Shown: positions 1 to 8,898 of the stretch, one piece after another | How positions within the stretch are numbered: position 1 is the stretch's first letter | How the letters are laid out: every line of letters starts with the position of its first letter | Origin: a virus | IMG/VR virus record: IMGVR_UViG_3300044825_001871 | Location: 92,236-156,235 of that record | Direction: 5' to 3' (one strand) | DNA: 64,000 bases | Program-made: the position numbers and the translations under genes | The notes under the pieces: generated by a model | Seen by the model: the letters and a program-made list of their open reading frames with translations, nothing else | What the model was told of the DNA's origin: nothing | Databases searched by the model: none

Positions 1-2
1 TT

Positions 3-956
3 ATCTTCATTCTGGACTGGTCTGGTTCAATGAGTGAATTCATCCTGGATGCTTATAAGCAACTGCTGAATCTCATTTGGTTCTGTCGTAAGGTGAATAT
101 TCCTTTCGAGGTTTATGCTTTCACTTTGGACGCTCATTCGTATATTGAATTGCAGCCACATCATCCTCCTGTTTATGAAAAAGTTGCGGGCGTGCTTTCC
201 CCTGAGGCATCTTTCCGACTGATGAATTTTTTCACCAGTAAAGTAAACAATCGAGTTCTTGATGAGCAACTGAAGAATATCTGGTGTGCTTGTTATTCTT
301 ATCAGAAGCGTTCTGGTGCTGTTCCTCCTCACCTGGACCTTTCGGGTTCTCCTATCGGAGAAAGTATGATGGCACTTCATGCTCTGATTCCTGATTTCCA
401 GGCAAAAAATAAACTTCAGAAGGTAAATGTTATCTTCCTGACTGATGGTGAAGGTTATCAGAATTCAGTAACGGTTGCTCGTAAGGGTACTTACCATAAT
501 TCCCCCGAATATATTGGTAATACAAAGCACGCTCGCACTGCAATTCGTGATCGTAAGACTGGTCGCGTTTATCCTGCTCTGGATTATGATAACTTCCCTC
601 GCTATGCTAAAGTTCTTCTGCATACTGTGAAAGATAGGTTTCCGACAGTAAATCTGATTAACTTCCGTATTACTCCTGGTCGTGATTTTGCGACGTGCTA
701 TCGTTGGTATGGTAGTGGTCAGGAGAACTATGAAAAAGTGAAATCTGATTATCGTAAAAACGGTTGCGTTCAATTTGGTGAAACTGGTTTCGATCAATTT
801 AACGTGATTGCCTCATCTTCTCTCGCACAAGATGAAGAGTTTACTGTTCCAGAGAATGCAACGAAAGCACAAATCAAAACTGCCTTCACTAAAGTTCTTG
901 GAAAGAAAAAGACTAACAAGAAAATTCTGGGTTCTTTTATCAGTCTTGTTGCTTAA
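3..956 (+). CDS. VWA (MIDAS) domain protein, CobT-like partner of CobS; 5'-truncated by the window edge
   Basis: Frame is open from position 3 and reads IFILDWSGSM (DxSxS MIDAS motif); later IFLTDGEG; near a CobS/MoxR ATPase. Confidence 0.75.
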   Translation: MFILDWSGSMSEFILDAYKQLLNLIWFCRKVNIPFEVYAFTLDAHSYIELQPHHPPVYEKVAGVLSPEASFRLMNFFTSKVNNRVLDEQLKNIWCACYSYQKRSGAVPPHLDLSGSPIGESMMALHALIPDFQAKNKLQKVNVIFLTDGEGYQNSVTVARKGTYHNSPEYIGNTKHARTAIRDRKTGRVYPALDYDNFPRYAKVLLHTVKDRFPTVNLINFRITPGRDFATCYRWYGSGQENYEKVKSDYRKNGCVQFGETGFDQFNVIASSSLAQDEEFTVPENATKAQIKTAFTKVLGKKKTNKKILGSFISLVA

Positions 957-962
957 TCACTT

Positions 963-988
963 GGGGGATTTTATAATCCCCTTTTTTT
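963..988 (+). terminator. Rho-independent terminator
   Basis: GGGGATT-ttat-AATCCCC followed by a T-tract. Confidence 0.75.
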
Positions 989-995
989 ATAAATA
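988..995 (+). promoter_or_regulatory. T4-type late promoter TATAAATA
   Basis: Exact gp55 consensus 20 nt upstream of the ATG at 1015. Confidence 0.8.
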
Positions 996-1014
996 ACTAA
1001 AAAGTATTCATAAA

Positions 1015-2037
1015 ATGGACGCACAAGAACTTCGCAATCTTCAAGAAGCATATATTGAGGTTTACCAGAATCTTGATGAGGAAGGTGCAACTTCTAAAAG
1101 ATTGGCAGATGTTGCTGATGACAGAATTGGAGATTTGCCACGAACACATCATATTCATCATCGTAGAGGAACAGCTTCTTTAAGAACTTTGTCGAATTTG
1201 CATTTTAATGCAAAAGAGAGAGCACAAGGTAGATACCCTGAGAAATCAGGTCTTAGAAGGGGTGCTGGTGGGGCAGGAGTTCCAGATAGACCAGGAGATT
1301 CTGTAACATCTCTACGAGATACTCGTAGAGGTGCAGCACGCAAACTGCTTGACCTAGAGGCAAATAGAAAAAAACCATTAACCCCAAGTGAACGTCCAAT
1401 ACCTATTAGAAGCAGACCAACTCCTCCCACAAGTGGACCAACTAGTAGAACAAAAACTCCATTAACACCAAAAACTAGAGACGAAAGAGCAGCAGCAGCA
1501 GGATTCAAAGGTCAAGGATCTCTTCCAAAAGGTAAAAAACTCTATAGACAAACTGCTCGTGGTGTTACAACTGGAGATGATCCAATGAAAGTATTACAGT
1601 CAGCAGCACAGCAAAAAGAACATTATGACCTCTACGACATCATCCTCTCACACCTTCTTGATGAGGGATATGCAGAAACCGTCGAAGCAGCAGAAGTAAT
1701 GATGGTGAATATGAGTGAAGAGTGGAGAGAGAATATTATGATTGCTGAAGGAATGACTATGAAAGACTTCAAGGCAAATCGTCGGAAAAATAAAAGAAGA
1801 GATGCTTCTGCTGATGCTGTGAAGAGAGGTCACGTAGGTAAGGAATGGTATAACAGTGGTAGAAGATATTCTCCAGATGAAGCAAAGAGAATGCGTTCAA
1901 ACCTGGATGATGAAGAAAGACGTACAAGACATCGTAGTGCTGTAGATCCTGATAATGAGAATGATGATAACTTCTCTGCAGACAAGACGAAGAACCCCAA
2001 GAAACTTCGTAAGCAAAAAGCAATGGGTGAACACTGA
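1015..2037 (+). CDS. Modular hypothetical protein (LLDEGY-module family), possible capsid-internal protein
   Basis: 340-aa ORF; shares the YDIILSHLLDEGYA...MVNMSEEW module and TKNPKKLRKQKAMGEH tail with the locus at 15494. Confidence 0.8.
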   Translation: MDAQELRNLQEAYIEVYQNLDEEGATSKRLADVADDRIGDLPRTHHIHHRRGTASLRTLSNLHFNAKERAQGRYPEKSGLRRGAGGAGVPDRPGDSVTSLRDTRRGAARKLLDLEANRKKPLTPSERPIPIRSRPTPPTSGPTSRTKTPLTPKTRDERAAAAGFKGQGSLPKGKKLYRQTARGVTTGDDPMKVLQSAAQQKEHYDLYDIILSHLLDEGYAETVEAAEVMMVNMSEEWRENIMIAEGMTMKDFKANRRKNKRRDASADAVKRGHVGKEWYNSGRRYSPDEAKRMRSNLDDEERRTRHRSAVDPDNENDDNFSADKTKNPKKLRKQKAMGEH

Positions 2038-2061
2038 AGATCACTTCCCAAACCGTCCACT

Positions 2062-2084
2062 GACCCCGCAAGGGGTCTTTTTTT
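2062..2084 (+). terminator. Rho-independent terminator
   Basis: GACCCC-gcaa-GGGGTC followed by a T-tract. Confidence 0.85.
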
Positions 2085-2116
2085 GTGTTATGATTACGGA
2101 GTAATCAACCAAACCG

Positions 2117-3238
2117 ATGCCTTCCAAATCTAACATTATGATCGACCAAGCAATCTCCATTCTGAAGGAAAAGTTCGGCACCGAGTTTGGTGCTGATGCT
2201 GTCAAAGAAGTGGCAGATGAACTGAATACTTCTTATGCGACTCTCTCCAAGTATCTAAATCAATACAAGGTGGGTCGTGGTAAATGGAATCTGGAGCAAA
2301 CCGTGCAAGACCTTGAAGAAACTTACAACTCTCCTGCTGCAGAAGGTTCCGATACGGTTCCTGGTGTGGCAACTATGAATTCTGTCGTTCAAAATCTTAT
2401 TCCCAACAAAGATGCTACCTTCGTCAGCTTTGGTAACTTTTCGGATATTAAAAAAGTTATTCAGTCTGGTCTATTCTATCCTGCTTTCATCACTGGTCTT
2501 TCTGGCAACGGAAAAACTTTCGGTGTGGAACAGTCTTGTGCCCAACTTGGTCGGGAACTGATTCGGGTCAACATCACCATCGAAACTGATGAGGATGACC
2601 TGATTGGTGGTTTCCGTCTCGTAAATGGGGAAACTGTATGGCACAATGGTCCTGTGGTAGAAGCAATGGAACGTGGTGCAATTCTTCTGCTCGATGAGAT
2701 TGACCTGGCATCCAACAAGATTATGTGTCTGCAGTCTGTCCTTGAGGGTAAAGGTGTATTCCTCAAGAAAATCGGTAAGCATATTGTACCCAAGGCAGGT
2801 TTCAATGTGATTGCGACTGCTAACACCAAGGGTAAGGGTAGTGATGATGGTCGTTTCATTGGCACCAATGTTCTCAACGAGGCATTCCTGGAACGATTCC
2901 CCATCACCTTCGAGCAAGAGTATCCTACTATCTCTGTTGAGACTAAAATCTTGACTAAAGTTGCAGAGTCTCTCAGCATTCCTATGATTGGCGAGCACAC
3001 TGATTTTATCAAGCACCTTTGCACTTGGTCTGAGATTATTCGCAAGACCTTCAATGATGGTGGTATTGATGAAGTCATCAGCACTCGTCGTCTGGTTCAT
3101 ATCATCAAGGCATACTCTATCTTCGGTAAGAAAGACAAAGCAATCAAGGTTTGTCTGAATCGTTTTGATGATGAAACCAAAACAACCTTTGTTGAGTTGT
3201 ATGATAAGATTGATGTTGATTTCCAAACGCCTTCTTAA
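2117..3238 (+). CDS. cobS: CobS-like MoxR-family AAA+ ATPase
   Basis: Walker A GLSGNGKT, Walker B LLLDEID, ATANTKG, NEAFLERF; typical cyanomyovirus gene. Confidence 0.9.
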   Translation: MPSKSNIMIDQAISILKEKFGTEFGADAVKEVADELNTSYATLSKYLNQYKVGRGKWNLEQTVQDLEETYNSPAAEGSDTVPGVATMNSVVQNLIPNKDATFVSFGNFSDIKKVIQSGLFYPAFITGLSGNGKTFGVEQSCAQLGRELIRVNITIETDEDDLIGGFRLVNGETVWHNGPVVEAMERGAILLLDEIDLASNKIMCLQSVLEGKGVFLKKIGKHIVPKAGFNVIATANTKGKGSDDGRFIGTNVLNEAFLERFPITFEQEYPTISVETKILTKVAESLSIPMIGEHTDFIKHLCTWSEIIRKTFNDGGIDEVISTRRLVHIIKAYSIFGKKDKAIKVCLNRFDDETKTTFVELYDKIDVDFQTPS

Positions 3239-3245
3239 GAGTCCA

Positions 3246-3274
3246 TTGACACATATCAGTCTGTTTGATATAAT
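3246..3274 (+). promoter_or_regulatory. Sigma70-type early promoter
   Basis: TTGACA-N17-TATAAT. Confidence 0.8.
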
Positions 3275-3327
3275 TGGGGGAGGTAAAAAAGTGCCTTCCC
3301 TCTTTTTGTCCTTTACTGTAAAATGCA

Positions 3328-3816
3328 ATGACTGAAAACTTTAAGAGCACTTATGAAAGTTCAATTCCTAATCAAGATTTCTGGGAAGAAGATGGTATTA
3401 GTCTAACTGGAAATCCTTGCCCCTCAGCAGATACGATCATCTTTGGATCACGACTTCCTGGTGGTCTTGGTGAAGATCATCTATCATTGAATATGCCTTC
3501 TACTTTTAATTTGGAAATGCCCGAAGATACAAACAAAAACGGTTTTTGGAAATACAACGAAGATAAAATCCTGAAACAACTTGAAGAATATATTGCAAGT
3601 ACTTATCGCCAGCATTATGTCGATCGAACTGGTGGCGGTAAAGAGCAAACTCTTGATAAGATCAAGCACAATCGCCGCGAAGGATTCTGTGCTGGTAATG
3701 TAACGAAGTATATTGATCGTTATGATACAAAAGGAACTCCACGAGCAGATCTTTTTAAAGTTCTTCACTATACTATTCTTCTGATCAACCATCTCGACCT
3801 TATTGAAAATAAGTGA
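3328..3816 (+). CDS. Conserved cyanophage protein (DUF3310-like C-terminal domain)
   Basis: TYRQHY...GFCAGNVTKYIDRY..KG..RADLFKVLHY pattern. Confidence 0.6.
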   Translation: MTENFKSTYESSIPNQDFWEEDGISLTGNPCPSADTIIFGSRLPGGLGEDHLSLNMPSTFNLEMPEDTNKNGFWKYNEDKILKQLEEYIASTYRQHYVDRTGGGKEQTLDKIKHNRREGFCAGNVTKYIDRYDTKGTPRADLFKVLHYTILLINHLDLIENK

Positions 3817-3818
3817 TT

Positions 3819-4484
3819 ATGAAACTCTCTGATAAAACTCTGACCCTACTGAAGAACTTTTCTTCAATTAATCAGTCCATTCTTTTCAAGGAAGGTAGCA
3901 ACCTACGGACAATTTCTGTGATGAAAAACATCCTAGCAGAAGCAACAATTGAAGAAGAACTGCCTAAAGATTTTGGTATCTATGACTTGAACCAGTTTCT
4001 GAATGGTCTCAATCTCCACCAAAATGCTGAACTTGATTTCCAGAATGATGGTTATGTAGTAATTAAAGAAGGCAAGTCTCGTTCTAAGTATTTCTTCGCA
4101 GACCCTAACGTAATCATTACTCCTCCCGAAAAGGATATTGTTCTGCCAAGTGAAGATGTTTGTTTCCTTCTTGATACCAAAGAACTTGATAAACTGCTTA
4201 AAGCTGCTTCTGTCTATCAACTTCCTGACTTGTCTGTGGTTGGTGAAGCAGGTGTGGTGAAACTGGTAGTTCGTGATAAGAAGAATGATACTTCTAATGA
4301 CTTTTCCGTGATTGTTGGCGAAACTGATGAAGTATTCTCCTTTAACTTCAAGGTAGAGAATATCAAGATTCTTCCTGGTTCTTATGAGGTAGTTATCTCA
4401 CGTAAACTTTTGTCGCGCTTCAAGAATACTGGATTTGATGTTAGTTATTGGATTGCATTAGAACCAGATAGTCAGTTTAGTTGA
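3819..4484 (+). CDS. gp45: DNA polymerase sliding clamp
   Basis: MKLSDKTLTLLKNFSSINQSI, FGIYDLNQFL, YWIALE; T4 gene order. Confidence 0.95.
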   Translation: MKLSDKTLTLLKNFSSINQSILFKEGSNLRTISVMKNILAEATIEEELPKDFGIYDLNQFLNGLNLHQNAELDFQNDGYVVIKEGKSRSKYFFADPNVIITPPEKDIVLPSEDVCFLLDTKELDKLLKAASVYQLPDLSVVGEAGVVKLVVRDKKNDTSNDFSVIVGETDEVFSFNFKVENIKILPGSYEVVISRKLLSRFKNTGFDVSYWIALEPDSQFS

Positions 4485-4488
4485 TATG

Positions 4489-4530
4489 AAAGTATCTTAT
4501 TATATAAATAATAATGTAATAAGATACTTT
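4489..4530 (+). promoter_or_regulatory. 14-bp inverted repeat enclosing a late promoter (TATAAATA 4503-4510) and covering the translation-initiation region of the endonuclease
   Basis: AAAGTATCTTATTA / TAATAAGATACTTT is a perfect inverted repeat ending 2 nt before the ATG. Confidence 0.8.
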
Positions 4531-4532
4531 TT

Positions 4533-5099
4533 ATGTTTATCTATAAAATAACCAATAGACAAACTCAAGAGTTTTATGTAGGTCAAACTATAAAAAATAT
4601 TGAGTATAGATTTAGAAAACATAAAGAAATATCTATTCGTGGTGGTGGATATAAACTTCATAGTGCTATGAGAAAGTATGGTGTAGAAAATTTTATTATT
4701 GAAATTTTGGATACTGCTACTAACTTAGACGAATTAAATGAAAAAGAAATCTACCATATAGACACACTTAAACCTTATTATAACATTCTTCCCGGAGGTC
4801 AAATCAGATTATCTGAAAGTTCTATTAGAAAAATGCGAGAAAGTTTAACTGGAAAAAAACAACCAAAAGAACTCGTTGCAAAAAGATTTAAAAAATTAAG
4901 AGAACTTGAAAATGACAAACAATTCCTAATTGAGAGGGGAAAAAGTGTAAGTGAATCAAAGAAAAAAACATATTTAATAGAAAATGTTTATTTTACTGGA
5001 TTGGAAGAAGTTGCTAAACATCACAACATAAGTTATACTTGTGCCAGAGCAAGAGTAAAATCATCTTCTTCTACTTGGGAAAATTGGATTAAACTTTAA
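4533..5099 (+). CDS. Free-standing GIY-YIG (Seg-like) homing endonuclease
   Basis: N-terminal FIYKITN...FYVGQT, conserved R, E and YN; AT-rich insertion between gp45 and the next gene. Confidence 0.85.
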   Translation: MFIYKITNRQTQEFYVGQTIKNIEYRFRKHKEISIRGGGYKLHSAMRKYGVENFIIEILDTATNLDELNEKEIYHIDTLKPYYNILPGGQIRLSESSIRKMRESLTGKKQPKELVAKRFKKLRELENDKQFLIERGKSVSESKKKTYLIENVYFTGLEEVAKHHNISYTCARARVKSSSSTWENWIKL

Positions 5100-5109
5100 T
5101 TTCTATGTT

Positions 5110-5622
5110 ATGAACATCTTCGTTACTTCTCCATTTCCGGCTGAGAGTGCCATTTGTCTCCCTGACAAACACATCGTTAAGATGCCCCTAGAGTGCTGTC
5201 AGATGCTCTCTATCGTGGCATCAGAGAAGTGGGGGCATGGGTATGGAACTCTCCCTAAGACGGACGGAACCCCCTACAAGACGGACAGGGGAGCGTTCCG
5301 CAATCATCCCTGCACCAAGTGGGCACTGGAGAGTATCCATAATGCCTACTGGTTAATCAAGTGGGGATTGAACTTGTCTGATGAATACTGCCTGCGGTAT
5401 AATAAAACCCACTCCTGTTACAAGACTCTTGTGGATGCATACTATTTGTTTCCCAAGGGTAAGATTACAGAAGTGACTCCATTTGCTCGTGCTATGCCAG
5501 AGGAATGGAAGTTTGACGGCACTATTGACACATTTGAAGCATACAAAAGGTATATCGCATCCAAACCTTGGGTGTCTGAAAACTATCTTCGTATGCCTGA
5601 GCGCAAACCTAACTGGGTCTAA
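5110..5622 (+). CDS. Pyrimidine-dimer DNA glycosylase-like protein (DenV superfamily)
   Basis: MNIFVT...LPDKHIVKMPLECCQML, NHPCTKW, PFARAMP. Confidence 0.7.
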   Translation: MNIFVTSPFPAESAICLPDKHIVKMPLECCQMLSIVASEKWGHGYGTLPKTDGTPYKTDRGAFRNHPCTKWALESIHNAYWLIKWGLNLSDEYCLRYNKTHSCYKTLVDAYYLFPKGKITEVTPFARAMPEEWKFDGTIDTFEAYKRYIASKPWVSENYLRMPERKPNWV

Positions 5623-5625
5623 ATT

Positions 5626-6570
5626 ATGACAAGTGAATTTCTTTTTGTGGAGAAATACCGCCCTCAAGTAATTGAGGATTGTATTCTTCCTGATGATACT
5701 AAAAAAACATTTAAGGAGTTTGTGGAGAAGGGAGAGATTCCGAATCTTCTTCTCGCAGGACCTCCTGGTATTGGTAAAACTACCATTGCAAAAGCATTGT
5801 GTAATGAGTTGGGAGCAGATTTCTATGTCATCAACGGATCCGACGAAGGACGTTTCCTGGATACTGTACGGAACCAAGCAAAGAACTTCGCTTCGACCGT
5901 CTCACTTACGGGATCTTCTAAACACAAAGTCATCATCATCGATGAGGCGGATAACACAGGCAATGACGTACAACTCCTACTACGGGCGAATATTGAGGCA
6001 TTTTATAACAACTGCCGATTCATCTTCACCTGCAACTACAAGAACAAAATTATTGAACCTCTTCACTCCCGATGTGCCGTTATCGACTTTACCATCAAAG
6101 GGAAGCAAAGAGTTCAACTTGCAGGAAGTTTCTTTCAACGACTTCAAACAATATTGGATGCGGAAAAGATTGAGTACGATCAAAAAGTCGTTGCTGAACT
6201 TGTTACAAAACATTTCCCCGACTTCCGTAGGGTTCTGAATGAAATTCAACGATACTCTACTGGCGGTAAAATTGATTCTGGTATTCTCGCATCTTTCTCT
6301 GATGTTTCCGTAAATGAACTCGTCAAAAATCTCAAAGACAAAAACTTTACAGAGGTTCGTAAATGGGTGGTCTCCAACCTGGATAACGATGCTAGTAGTC
6401 TACTTCGCCGGATTTATGACGCCTCTTTTGATAACCTTTCACCCCAATCTATTCCTGCTGCCGTTCTTGTTATTGCTAAGTATCAATACCAATGTGCGTT
6501 CGTGGCTGACCAGGAAGTAAATCTTCTTGCTGCTCTTACTGAAATTATGTGCGAGTGTGAGTTCAAATGA
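5626..6570 (+). CDS. gp44: Clamp loader large subunit
   Basis: VEKYRP, GPPGIGKTT, IIIDEAD, SRC motif. Confidence 0.95.
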   Translation: MTSEFLFVEKYRPQVIEDCILPDDTKKTFKEFVEKGEIPNLLLAGPPGIGKTTIAKALCNELGADFYVINGSDEGRFLDTVRNQAKNFASTVSLTGSSKHKVIIIDEADNTGNDVQLLLRANIEAFYNNCRFIFTCNYKNKIIEPLHSRCAVIDFTIKGKQRVQLAGSFFQRLQTILDAEKIEYDQKVVAELVTKHFPDFRRVLNEIQRYSTGGKIDSGILASFSDVSVNELVKNLKDKNFTEVRKWVVSNLDNDASSLLRRIYDASFDNLSPQSIPAAVLVIAKYQYQCAFVADQEVNLLAALTEIMCECEFK

Positions 6571-7424
6571 CTTCGAATAAATCATTAAAAACTGCCTTGC
6601 GTTACCCTGGCGGTAAGAGTAGGGCAGTCGCTAAGATGGGACCATACTTTCCAGACCTTCGCAACTATGATGAGTTTCGGGAACCATTTCTTGGAGGTGG
6701 AAGTGTTGCAATTTATATCACTAAAAAATATCCCAGTGTAGATATTTGGGTTAATGATCTTTATGAACCACTTGTAAACTTCTGGCAGCAACTCCAGATT
6801 TTTGGATATGATTTGAAAAGTGAACTTGTTGACTTAAAGAAGGCAAATAATACTCCAGACAAAGCAAGAGAACTTTTCCTTCAATCAAAGGAACGGATCA
6901 ATGACAAAACTGTGTCAAATTTTGATCGTGCTGTGGCTTTTTATATTGTCAATAAGTGTAGTTTCAGTGGTCTTACAGAGAGTTCATCATTTTCAGAGCA
7001 AGCATCCAATTCAAACTTTAGTTTGCGTGGAATTGAAAAACTACCTGAGTACTCTGTATTAATTGAAAAATGGCGTATAACTAATTATTCCTATGACTAT
7101 CTGATGGATGGTAATAAGAGTGCTTTTATGTATCTCGATCCTCCTTATGATATTAAGGATAATCTCTATGGGAACAAGGGATCAATGCATAAAGGATTTG
7201 ATCACGATAAGTTTGCTGCCGATTGTGATGCTAATAATATGGATCAATTGGTAAGTTATAACTCAGATCAACTTGTCAAAGATCGTTTTAAGAACTGGAA
7301 CGCTGCAGAGTTTGATTTGACTTATACGATGCGTTCGGTTGGTGAATATATGCGCGAACAAAAAAATCGTAAAGAATTGCTGCTATTTAATTATGGAATT
7401 GAAGGACTGGCTGAACTCAATTAA
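6567..7424 (+). CDS. dam: DNA adenine methyltransferase (D12 class)
   Basis: RYPGGKS, EPFLGGGSV (motif I), YLDPPY (motif IV). Confidence 0.9.
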   Translation: MTSNKSLKTALRYPGGKSRAVAKMGPYFPDLRNYDEFREPFLGGGSVAIYITKKYPSVDIWVNDLYEPLVNFWQQLQIFGYDLKSELVDLKKANNTPDKARELFLQSKERINDKTVSNFDRAVAFYIVNKCSFSGLTESSSFSEQASNSNFSLRGIEKLPEYSVLIEKWRITNYSYDYLMDGNKSAFMYLDPPYDIKDNLYGNKGSMHKGFDHDKFAADCDANNMDQLVSYNSDQLVKDRFKNWNAAEFDLTYTMRSVGEYMREQKNRKELLLFNYGIEGLAELN

Positions 7425-7770
7425 TTCTACAAAAGAAAATTTGATGGAGGATTCCTCCACAATCAAAGAATATTCTCCCTATGTTATTAATCGATGTTTA
7501 TCTGGGTATATTGATTGCGTTCTCTTCGCAAATGAAATGAATATGAATCATAGTCTTGATAAAGATATGCAATATTCATTTTATCTAAATATTATAAGAA
7601 AAAGGAAGAGATTTTCTCCCTGGCTCCGTAAAGATGAAATCCAAGACTTAGAATATGTAAAAAAATACTATGGTTATAGTAACGAAAAGGCATATCAAGC
7701 ACTGAAAATTTTGTCGAGAGAGCAAATCAACTTTATTAAACAACGACTTGAAACTGGCGGAACAAAATGA
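7393..7770 (+). CDS. gp62: Clamp loader small subunit
   Basis: MELKDWLNSIN, YSPYVINR, RKRFSPW, YYGYSNEKA; ATG 7393 preferred over the upstream start. Confidence 0.9.
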   Translation: MELKDWLNSINSTKENLMEDSSTIKEYSPYVINRCLSGYIDCVLFANEMNMNHSLDKDMQYSFYLNIIRKRKRFSPWLRKDEIQDLEYVKKYYGYSNEKAYQALKILSREQINFIKQRLETGGTK

Positions 7771-8207
7771 CAACCCAAACAATTGAACCACAAGTAAATT
7801 GGTCACAGGACCAAATGGTGGAAGTTATTCTAAATGAACCTGATGATTTTTTAAAGGTTCGTGAGACTTTGACTCGTATCGGAGTTGCCTCTAGGAAGGA
7901 GAAAAAACTCTACCAGTCTTGCCATATTCTTCACAAACAGGGAAGATATTATATTGTTCACTTTAAAGAACTATTTGCTCTTGATGGCAAACATGCTAAT
8001 CTTACTGTAAATGACGTTCAGAGACGTAATCGTATTGTTCGTCTTCTTGCTGATTGGGGATTGATTACTGTGATTGATCAAGATAAGGTTGCTGATATTG
8101 CTCCCCTGAATCAAATTAAAGTTCTTGCTTATAAGGATAAAGGGGATTGGATTTTGGAACAGAAATATAATATTGGTAAAAAAGGAAAAGCAGTAGATCC
8201 CGAATAA
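7767..8207 (+). CDS. regA: Translational repressor RegA
   Basis: DDFLKVRETLTRIG, LYQSCHILHKQGRYYIVHFKELF. Confidence 0.95.
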   Translation: MTTQTIEPQVNWSQDQMVEVILNEPDDFLKVRETLTRIGVASRKEKKLYQSCHILHKQGRYYIVHFKELFALDGKHANLTVNDVQRRNRIVRLLADWGLITVIDQDKVADIAPLNQIKVLAYKDKGDWILEQKYNIGKKGKAVDPE

Positions 8208-8257
8208 ATAGTAATGTGCCATTCGTGCGGCACTCTACAAAAGTCGGAACACCCTAA

Positions 8258-8292
8258 AGAGAAGTTCGGTTTTTACCGTTCTTCTCTTTTTT
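8258..8292 (+). terminator. Terminator after regA and a short structured RNA
   Basis: AGAGAAG..CGGT-ttt-ACCG..CTTCTCT followed by a T-tract. Confidence 0.65.
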
Positions 8293-8366
8293 GATTTTTG
8301 GTTAAATAGTAATGGATGCCGAAAGGGTCCACACAACACAAACTCGCTTTTAAAGGAGCTACCATA

Positions 8367-8801
8367 ATGACTAACCTAACAAGGTATACTGCTGCGGATC
8401 TTCCTGCTCTGATGGATAGAATTACGCGCAATTCAATCGGAATGGATGAATATTTTGATCGTCTATTTCATCTTCACGAAACAACTTCTAACTACCCGCC
8501 ATATAATCTAGTTCAAGTTAGTAACGTAGAATCGAGACTTGAATTAGCACTCGCTGGATTTAAAAAGAAAGAAGTTTACGTTTACACGCAAGATGGAAAA
8601 CTTTTTATTGAGGGACAAAAGGAAGATAAGGAAACTGATACCAACTACGTCCATAAGGGATTGGCTCAACGATCTTTCAAGAGAGCGTGGACGATGGCAG
8701 ATGATACAGAAGTCGCAGATGTATCCTTTGAAGATGGACTCCTCTCTGTCAACTTGAAAAAAATTGTTCCCGATCATCATAAGAGAAAAGATTATCTATA
8801 A
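8367..8801 (+). CDS. hsp20: Small heat-shock protein Hsp20
   Basis: NYPPYNL, LALAGF, HKGLAQRSF, FEDGLL; RBS AAGGAG before ATG 8367. Confidence 0.92.
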   Translation: MTNLTRYTAADLPALMDRITRNSIGMDEYFDRLFHLHETTSNYPPYNLVQVSNVESRLELALAGFKKKEVYVYTQDGKLFIEGQKEDKETDTNYVHKGLAQRSFKRAWTMADDTEVADVSFEDGLLSVNLKKIVPDHHKRKDYL

Positions 8802-8848
8802 ATATAACTGAATATCGTCGGCGCGAGGGGACCCTGGCAAAATCCAGG

Positions 8849-8877
8849 TTGACTCCCCTCTTTTTTCTTGCTAGAAT
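8849..8877 (+). promoter_or_regulatory. Sigma70-type promoter overlapping a terminator hairpin
   Basis: TTGACT-N17-TAGAAT. Confidence 0.65.
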
Positions 8878-8898
8878 ACTTAGAGGTATGGAGTAAAA

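Noticed and set aside
2471-3328. Long antisense ORFs (285 and 202 aa) opposite cobS
   Set aside because: Shadow frames of a conserved gene; no motifs, RBS or promoter
6567-7424. dam between gp44 and gp62 as part of a restriction-modification system
   Set aside because: No adjacent endonuclease; orphan methyltransferases are common in cyanomyoviruses
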